DNA of 63,814 bases, the filler included, from Rozella allomycis CSF55 (lineage: Eukaryota), in NCBI GenBank assembly GCA_000442015.1. It is 6 parts of 6 records of this genome, joined end to end, with 100 filler letters (N's around TTAATTAATTAA, not from the genome) between each part and the next. Parts side by side here need not be neighbours in the genome. Positions count along the whole stretch, not along the records: positions 59,533 to 62,643 come from KE560896.1; positions 62,744 to 63,814 come from KE560906.1; 4 more parts are not named here. One strand, given 5' to 3'. The translations under genes were made by a program, and so were the position numbers. Of this stretch, positions 60,281 to 63,814 are shown piece after piece. Below the pieces are notes generated by a model, which saw only the letters and a program-made list of their open reading frames with translations, searched no databases and was not told the origin of the DNA. How positions within the stretch are numbered: position 1 is the first letter of the stretch; the number at the start of each line of letters is the position of its first letter.

Positions 60281-62017
60281 TTATATCCTTTGAAAAAAGG
60301 TATCAGAAAGATTCCTTTTGCTTCTATCAGCAGTCAGTCTAGATCTACTATTAGACATATCGCTCAAGATATTATTGACTCTTCGTCTTGTTCGCTTTCT
60401 TCTCCTTCTTTGAATTGAAAGGGCAGCAACTAGTGTTAATATTACAAATGCTGCTCCAATCAAACCTCCGATCAATGCCCATATTGGAAATGTCGAGTCA
60501 TCTGAAGTTTGGCCATTTGAATTCATATTTGTAGAGGAAGATAGCTGAATGATATTTGTGCTTGGCGCTGGCACCGTTAGCGAAATGGAAATGCCAAAAT
60601 TGGACAGTGTTTTTGAACTTGCAGTAACGTACACATTATTGAGTGGGAGGGTTTTAGATGAAGAAGTTGTTCCTATCGATGATATCAATGATCTTGGAGA
60701 CATAGTTGTGCTTGTAAAGTGCCAGGTAGTTGTTGATTTTCCTGTTAAATTTGGTTGTACGGTAGTTGCAATTGTTATATCAACACCGGATTTTGAAATC
60801 CCACTTAAACTTAGACTTAATCGTGAATTCACTTGTGGCACACTAGAGCTTAAAGTTCCTTTGTCAATTGTATTGTTTGATGAAGATGAAAAAGTCGATT
60901 GATTATTTTGGACCGTTGCAATAGAACTCATTGATGATATTGTAATCGTAGTAGCTTCAGGCGTCAATGTTGCTGAAGCACTCTTCAAATCGTTTTCTGT
61001 GATAATATCATATGTAGAATTCTGACCTAAATAGGTGCTTGTACTTGCCGAAGAACATGTTGTCGAGACCAGCCCCCCAATATTGCCTGTCTCTTCTGAT
61101 ATTGAATTATAAGTGGTGGTAGTTTCAAATGATAAAGACTGAATAGTTGTTGACGAATCTGATAGCGCACTGGTACTACTGGTTGCAATAAGAAACGTCT
61201 GTGTATTGATTGAGTTTTCTTCTGATATTGTGGTAGTTTCAAAAGAAAATGTCTGTATTGATAACAATGTTTCTTCAGATTTTGGAGAACTAGCGGTTTC
61301 AATAATAAATGTACTTGAGTTTACTTCTGGCATTGAGTTTTTAGTGGTTTCAAATGATATTGTCTGAATAGTGTTTGATTTTTCTTCCGATATTGGCTTT
61401 ATTGAGCTGGAAAAGGTGGATTCAAATGACATGGTCAAAGTGGGGCTCAAAATATTACCTCTACTTGTTGTAACGGTCGGATTGCTTCTGTTTGATTGCA
61501 AATTCAAGTAGTTAATCAAAAACAGAGAAAATTGAGGATAGAACTGAGAAAAGCTTATACTCCAGACATTTTTCCAATTAATGCCCTGTATTGATTTTAA
61601 ATCAAGAGAAACCGCCTGAAATTGTGCAGACATCGAGCTATCAGTAAATGAGCTCGAACTTGTCGAAAATCCGCGTCCTTTACCAGTGCAATCAATGTTG
61701 CCTTCATAAAAGGTAAGAAAAAAATATGCCGACGGAATGGGAATAAAGACATTAAAGTTCAGAGAATCAAAGGGTGATATGTCGTAACAACCGTTTGCCG
61801 ATAGTTTAATTTCTAATGTACCGCTGTAACCTACGATTTGGAGATAGTTTGAGTATATTCGTGCATCCATGCCATCTAAAGGTTGAACATCCCCGCCAAT
61901 GTAACTGGGGCTTAGTGGATCACTTGTAAAATTGTGGATTGAAAGAAAGTTCCTAGCTGATACACCATAAGAAAAGTTAACTATTGAGTACACCAAAGTC
62001 CAATTCAATAAATTCAT
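60281..62017 (-). CDS. Type I surface membrane protein: signal peptide, putative beta-sandwich (carbohydrate-binding-like) domain, Ser/Thr mucin stalk, TM, basic tail
   Basis: Hydrophobic N-terminus; ~170-aa globular part; >300 aa S/T-rich with repeated IQTxSFETT; TM WALIGGLIGAAFVILTLVAAL; RRRRKRTRRR. Confidence 0.75.
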   Translation of the reverse strand: MNLLNWTLVYSIVNFSYGVSARNFLSIHNFTSDPLSPSYIGGDVQPLDGMDARIYSNYLQIVGYSGTLEIKLSANGCYDISPFDSLNFNVFIPIPSAYFFLTFYEGNIDCTGKGRGFSTSSSSFTDSSMSAQFQAVSLDLKSIQGINWKNVWSISFSQFYPQFSLFLINYLNLQSNRSNPTVTTSRGNILSPTLTMSFESTFSSSIKPISEEKSNTIQTISFETTKNSMPEVNSSTFIIETASSPKSEETLLSIQTFSFETTTISEENSINTQTFLIATSSTSALSDSSTTIQSLSFETTTTYNSISEETGNIGGLVSTTCSSASTSTYLGQNSTYDIITENDLKSASATLTPEATTITISSMSSIATVQNNQSTFSSSSNNTIDKGTLSSSVPQVNSRLSLSLSGISKSGVDITIATTVQPNLTGKSTTTWHFTSTTMSPRSLISSIGTTSSSKTLPLNNVYVTASSKTLSNFGISISLTVPAPSTNIIQLSSSTNMNSNGQTSDDSTFPIWALIGGLIGAAFVILTLVAALSIQRRRRKRTRRRVNNILSDMSNSRSRLTADRSKRNLSDTFFQRI

Positions 62018-62125
62018 CGCTTGGATACACAAACATTGAAATTCCCTTCCGCAACACTATTTAAGAATACCTATAGCGAAATGAACATTTATTTATTCAA
62101 TAATAAATCTGAAATCTGATATAAT

Positions 62126-62643
62126 TTATAAATTTCGACCAATATCATTCGTAATTCTTCGTCCACTGAATAGCTGGCTCCCACTTTGCCCCACAGTCAA
62201 TTTAACTCTGCTATTGGCAATTTGTCCCATTGCATCTACCAGTCTTTTCCTTTGATCTTTATTCCTTTTTCTTTTCACAACAAATATTCCAGCAGCCACA
62301 ACCAGAATGAAGCCCGCTCCTGATGTAATCCCAGCGATTAAAACTGTTTCAAAAACCGAATCTTGAGATTGATTTGGCGCCTCAGTATATGCAGATGATG
62401 ATGTTATGCTTGATAAAGTAGCAGATGAATTTATGCTTGATAAAGTCGATAAAGTAACATTCTCCAATGCAGTCGTATTCTGAACGACACTTGGGATTAT
62501 TCTCGGATAAGTACAGTTTGCATTTTGTGAATTGTAAAAGTTCATGTAATTAAACAAAAAGGGCGATTCCTGTGGCAGGAATCCTGAAAACGTCACACTC
62601 CACAATTTCCTAACATCGAAATTGTACGCGCTCTTGACACTTA
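62126..62643 (-). CDS. Partial paralog of the adjacent surface protein (5' end in gap)
   Basis: WSVTFSGF vs WSISFSQF, FLFNYMNF vs FLINYLNL, S/T stalk, TM, basic tail with NSRVKLT vs NSRSRLT. Confidence 0.7.
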
Positions 62644-62743
62644 NNNNNNNNNNNNNNNNNNNNNNNNNNNNNNNNNNNNNNNNNNNNTTAATTAATTAAN
62701 NNNNNNNNNNNNNNNNNNNNNNNNNNNNNNNNNNNNNNNNNNN

Positions 62744-63814
62744 AAATGTCACGAGATAGAGTCCATAATGGATTTGTGAAATATCGAAATCAGAAAGGCG
62801 GATGCTTTCAATAAGTTTTAGACTCTCCAAGATATTTTCTTTGGATTCCAAAGCGACTGTGAGAGCGAAATCATAAGCATTTTCAGCAAAAGAAGACACC
62901 AAGGCTGAGTATTGAGAGAAAGAGAATTCGATAAAACTGTAAGCGACAACAAGAAAAAACATCAAAGGAAGAAGAAGAAAAAGATTCTTATAATTGAAAG
63001 ATTTTTTCAGAGGCTGCGTGTTGTCAGCATTTTGGATTTCAAAAGCTTTTATCAAGATTCCATTGTCTTTAAGTTTGCCGGGGGCGGAATAAATAGGCAA
63101 ATCAATATTGCCTGTTCTTGAATTCAATACATTGGTATTATACAACCTTTCCTTTTCAATAGAATCGAGTTTCTTGACAATGGACACTTTCAATAGTTGC
63201 AAGTAGAGAAAATATATGATTAAATAGATATAGTAAATTAGATCCTTTACTTGTCTTGATACTTTTATCATTGAATATTTATTTTCTTCGACCCAGACTT
63301 TATCCTTTTTGCTTTGTTGATCAGCATCAATTATTTTGTCCATTTGCTCATTAATTTTCGAAGATTGGGCCCCCAGATAATTTTCTTGTTCNACTCCATA
63401 GTTGCCAGTAAACAAAATCAATGATTAAAGCGATATAGTAAATTAGTTCCGTTACTTGCCTTAATACTTTTCTCATTGAAGATTTATTTTGTTCGCCCCA
63501 GACTTTATCCTTTTTGCTTTTTTGATCAGCATCAATTATTTTGTCTATTTGTTCATTAATTTTCGATGGAGCCCCCAGATAATTTTCTTGTTCTCTCTTC
63601 AATTCTTTCAATTCTACATTTATATTATCAACGCTTAAACTATGACTATGTGGAGTGGCAGGTGACATCGACAAACCATTTTCTTGTCTTGATACTTTTA
63701 TCATTGAATATTCATTTTCTTCGACCCAGACTTTATCCTTTTTGCTTTTTTCATCATCATCAACTATTTTGTCTATTTGCTCATTAATTTTCGAAGATTG
63801 GGCCCCCAGATAAT
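62744..63814 (-). CDS. Uncharacterised membrane protein fragment with ~40-aa repeats
   Basis: Repeated SKINEQxDKIxDxDxKSKKDKVW unit (3 copies, one across N 63392); TM LFLLLPLMFFLVVAYSFI. Confidence 0.4.

Noticed and set aside
281..63400. Direct repeats around single Ns (293, 33673, 34336, 35983, 36549, 37156, 46263, 48913, 59002, 63392)
   Set aside because: Unmerged overlapping contig ends or haplotypes, not biological repeats or target-site duplications.
359..63814. Stop-codon reassignment as the cause of fragmented ORFs
   Set aside because: Nearly all breaks in host genes are resolved by short GT-AG introns, and long exons are stop-free under the standard code.

Overview
AT-rich, gene-dense eukaryotic DNA from a draft assembly. 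Five artificial N-TTAATTAATTAA-N six-frame stop linkers join separate contigs, and about 11 single-N junctions carry duplicated flanks. Most genes are split by very short GT-AG introns (about 24-31 nt, often ending AAG). The window holds fungal-type housekeeping genes (ATM1, GGA, MOG1, VPS13, TRM140/METTL2, HACL1), basal-body/flagellar genes (CCDC77, CEP83-like, TMEM107, kinesin-2, SFI1-like) and a Crinkler-type effector. Together these point to a zoosporic, early-diverging fungal endoparasite such as Rozella; this is inferred, not proven. Degenerate copia and non-LTR retroelements are also present. Main highlights: (1) a 117-nt VPS13 intron built from four back-to-back unit-sized GT-AG introns with zero-length exons, a candidate recursive-splicing array; (2) a CatSper-gamma-like channel auxiliary subunit; (3) a giant Upf1-like helicase + RelE-like + UvrD/TRANK1-like helicase + TPR fusion; (4) a HECT E3 ligase with an N-terminal signal/anchor; (5) a RidA-family protein with a signal peptide and Tyr-rich leader; (6) a Crinkler NTPase-nuclease with altered catalytic residues; (7) a CCCH-RRM-RBR RNA-binding ligase. 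All homology calls come from motif recognition and hand splicing; no searches were run.
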